A DNA stretch of 64,000 nucleotides, taken from Eledone cirrhosa (Eukaryota). The notes below the pieces were generated by a model. It did no database searches, was not told the DNA's origin, and saw only the letters and a list, made by a program, of their open reading frames with translations. Below are positions 60,366 to 64,000 of this stretch, one piece after another. The DNA lies in the NCBI GenBank assembly GCA_964016885.1, contig OZ024741.1, forward strand, positions 257,548,001 through 257,612,000. The letters are read 5' to 3'. Position 1 is the first letter of the stretch; each line of letters starts with the position of its first letter. A program made the position numbers and the translations under genes.

Positions 60366-63300
60366 TCAGACGTGGGCAGAAATATGGAACCGAGGCCAGA
60401 GAGCACTCCATGGCCCCATTAAGAAGCGACGACTACACACTCGTCCCAAGTTATTGTGGCCAGAGACTCGTAAAGATCAGGGTGACCCACGTTCCACCGG
60501 CCATCGAAATTCCCTGGCTAATGGCTGCCGTCCTCCCCGGCATCGAGGCCAACATCAAAATAATAGAAATAGCAAAAGAAAAGCAGGAGAACTGGTCCGG
60601 ATCTGGGATGGAGCTCCTGATCGAAGCGGACCAAAAACGCATTGAGGAGATCCCAGAGATAATAGACCTCACTGACAGCAGCAACCTCACCGTAATAGTC
60701 GAGGGTAGAAGGCCTAGGTGTGTCGTTTGTGGTGAAGGAACCTACCTAAGGGCTTTCTGCCCACAGGCTAAAACGTTGAGGCCACCTCTCTTATCCACCC
60801 CAGTCACTCAACCATCAACACCACAAGCAGAAGAAATGGCAGCAACAACTGTAGCAGCAACAACCCCAGCAACAGTAGCAAAACCACCACCACCACCACC
60901 ACCCAACGCGCCAGAACTAGCACCAGCGCCTACACCATCCACCACGCCACAACCAAAACCAACGCCTATGGAGGATTTTCCACTCTCCGACCTATCGCAA
61001 CTGGAGACAGATTGTGACGACGAGGAGTGGGAAACGGTATCAGGAAAAATGAAAAAAAAAGAAAAAGAAGCCAAAAAAGAAAAAAAATCCCCTTCCTTCC
61101 CCCTCCAAAAACAAAATACAGAAGGACACAAATAAACTATCAAACAAAAAAGTTAGGACAGCTATGCCACCATCCACACCAGCATCACCAACCCCATCAC
61201 CACAAACACCAACACCATCACCATCATTAACCCCAACACAACCATTACCAACACCACAAAAGTCATCAAAAAGCGAAACAGAAACAAACTCACATCAAAC
61301 GCAAACAAAACAAAACAACCAAAACGATACACACTACACAGCATTAAATTTGAACAACAACCAACTATTACACTACATCCAGCACAACACCAGCATCACA
61401 GAAAAAGACTACACAACACCCCAAAAGTTCACACCACCTCCACACATACAAATCACTCGCATCACACAGAGAACGTACACGACACTAAAACAAAAATTCC
61501 CCAAAGACATCGGAGACTTCCGACAAGCACTCTCCAGGAGGATTTATAAGGACATCCTTACGGAGGAAGCCACAAGCAGTGAAAAGGATGGAGAAACCAT
61601 CCTTCCTCTACGAGAAGTAAGGTAAGTGGTCTATCCCATCTTTTCCACTCCATTTCAACATGACCTCACTCAGAATAGGCAGCATAAATGAGCGTGGCTT
61701 GGGGTCGTCATGGCGACAGGGCCACCTGCTCAACGACCTGAGGTCACTAAATATAGATGTAGTGGCCATCAGCGAGACCAGAATCTCCGAAGCACGGGTC
61801 TTCGCAAGGATCTTCGGAGGCTACGATGTGTACGCATCTTCCAGCCGTCCTGGATCAGGGGGGGGAGAATTGCTGTGCTTTTTCGGAGAGGTTTGGATCT
61901 CGCCATACGGGCCATCTTCCTGGACACAGTAGGTAAGTTGGTGGTGCTGGACGTGACCAGCGGAGACGGGCCAGCTTTAAGGCTAGTGGCCGTCTATGCC
62001 CCGACAGGAGCAGGGCGGCCTGATTTCTTCCGGCGTCTGGAGACCTTTCTTGGAACGTCCCGCTCTTTAGTGTTAGTGGGCAACTGGAACGGGATCTTAG
62101 ATGCACGCTGGCACTTGTAGGATTAGCGAATAGGGGAAGATGGTGCAATAGCCTCACCAACCTTCTCAGGCGTTTTGAACTGTCTGACAGGTACCGATTG
62201 GATTTCCCGAATGCGCCAATGTGGACTTGGACAAACAGCATCGGGTCATCCAGATCATATCTAGATAGAGTATTTTGTAGGGAAATAGATAGGTCTAGCA
62301 TAGGCTGTCCATAATTAAAGATACTCAGCTACACGAACCACAAATTCGTGATCTGTGTGGTTGACTTAGAATGGCTTCATAGACGAGGACCCGGCTACTG
62401 GAAGCTAAACGCGTCCTTACCAGCGCGCAAGGCCTACAGAGACCGGATTACCGAAATAGTTAAGCGGGCGTTGACGGGGGCCATCGTCAACAACTGAAAA
62501 GAGGGATTAGAATAGAGTCCATTAGGTTTAGTAAGGCTTTAGCAATAGAGAAAAATAGAGCAGAGGGAGAACTAGTTAGAAAATTAGACGAGGCGCTTAG
62601 CAAAGGCATCGCGACCGACGTACTTGCGGCGAAATTGGCCATTGACCAATTCTTCAATGCAAAGCACGAAGGCTGCGTTGTCAGAGCTAGGGTGCGTGCT
62701 CTCAGACACGAGGGGACGAAAGCCGTTCAATGGGCCTGAGTGGCGGAGGAGCGTCGTGGCATCAAAGCCACGATCCGGTCTTTGGTGATCCACGACGGGC
62801 ACATGCTACTCGATCCCGGGAAAATGTGTGAAGCTTTTCAGCGACACTTCGCTCAACTGTTCGGGGGCAGCAGCCGGCCGGATCGGGGGATGGACTTTAG
62901 TGTCTACCTCGACGGACTGCCGCGGCTCTCGGCCACTGAGGCGGAGTTTTGCGAAAAGCCGATAACAGCCGGTGAAGTACGGGAGGCAATGACTGGCTGC
63001 ACAAAGGGTAAATCACCTGGTTTGAATGGTCTGCCTTATGATCTTTATGTACAGATGCTAGACTTGTTCGGTGGCCTCTTGGCGGACGTCTACTGAAACT
63101 GGCAACAGAACGGGAGAATTCCCTGCTCTGTGAGCCGAGGAGCGGTGGCGCTGCTGAGAAAGGATCCGAACAAGGGGGATAACATAGATAATTTCAGGCC
63201 CATAACTCTGCTAAACACAGGGTTCAAGATTTTGGCCAAGGTGTTAGCAAAGAGATTGGTGCTTGTCGTTGGTGGTCTGGTGGGAGAGGCGCAGACATGC

Positions 63301-64000
63301 GCCATTCCGACTGATCCATCCACGACAACCTCCACCTCATGCAATACATCGTGGAGAGGGTAGCTAGGGAACCTGGCACGAGTGGATCTTTGATCAATTT
63401 AGATCAGTTGAAAGCTTTCGATAGGGTCGACCATCGTTACCTGGCGGCAGTCCTGAGGGCGGCTGGCTTTGGGCACGTCTTCAGAGGCTGAATCGCTGCC
63501 ATGCACAGCGACATCTGCTCTGTGGTGAGAGTGAACGGTCACCTTTCGGAACCGTTCAACATCATGCGCTCGGTCCGCCAAGGATGTCCCCTCTCGTCCC
63601 TCTTGTACGTATTGACTCTCGAGCCATTACTGCACAAACTGGAGAAGTTAAGGGGGTTCCCGCGCGAACTAGGATGCGGAAAGATCCATGTCAGCATATG
63701 CGGACCATGTCACCGTAGTGGTGTCGAACGCCAAACACATCGAGGTGATCGGCACTACACTAAGAGAATACGAAGCGGTGACAGGAACAATGATCAACCA
63801 GGAAAAGTCAGTGGGACTGCAGCTCGGCACCTGAAGAGGCAGGTCCATGCCGTCCAACAGCGTGGTCGGCCGCTGGACGGACGGACCGGTTAAATTGCTA
63901 GGGCTCTGGCTCTGTCCGGACCTCCAGACGGACAAAAACTGGGACGAGGTGACGAGCAGGGTGGCTTCTCTCACCCAGAAATGGGCGGAGAGGAAGCTAT
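60366..64000 (+). mobile_element. L1/Tx1-clade LINE (ORF1 3' part, APE-RT ORF2), degenerate, running off the window end
   Basis: Paralogue of 46962-48720. Knuckle CVVCGEGTYLRAFC, APE (VAVYAP, SRSYLDRV, GYWKLN) and RT (NFRPITLLN, KAFDRVDH, SVRQGCPLS, AYADH), with many stops and frameshifts. Confidence 0.9.

Overview
This is eukaryotic, AT-rich DNA dense in (TA)n, (CA)n and (TAA)n microsatellites; the SINE families and repeat landscape suggest a cephalopod such as Octopus, which is an inference. One host gene runs on the minus strand as six phase-1/phase-1 laminin-type EGF exons (MEGF10/11-, SCARF- or Draper-like) that arose by tandem duplication of exon-plus-intron units. Nearly everything else is transposon sequence inside its introns. 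There are seven copies of two R4/Dong-like RLE retrotransposon families (two with long intact ORFs of 1130 and 1216 aa) chained through (TAA)n tracts, three decayed L1/Tx1-type elements, several Penelope-like (PLE) RT/GIY-YIG remnants with inverted ends, RTE and CRE fragments, Helitron termini and many tRNA-derived SINEs. The most notable observations are: (1) several sequence-unrelated type I hammerhead ribozymes with palindromic stem III, including a perfect minimal one inside a small non-coding unit with direct repeats and a pair showing compensatory base changes; (2) a roughly 22 kb (TAA)n-linked retrotransposon array in which Dong-like and Tx1-like elements sit head-to-head and two divergent Dong families share a 5' leader; (3) clustered amino-acid changes between otherwise identical EGF exons. 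All coordinates were read by eye, and no database searches or folding programs were run.
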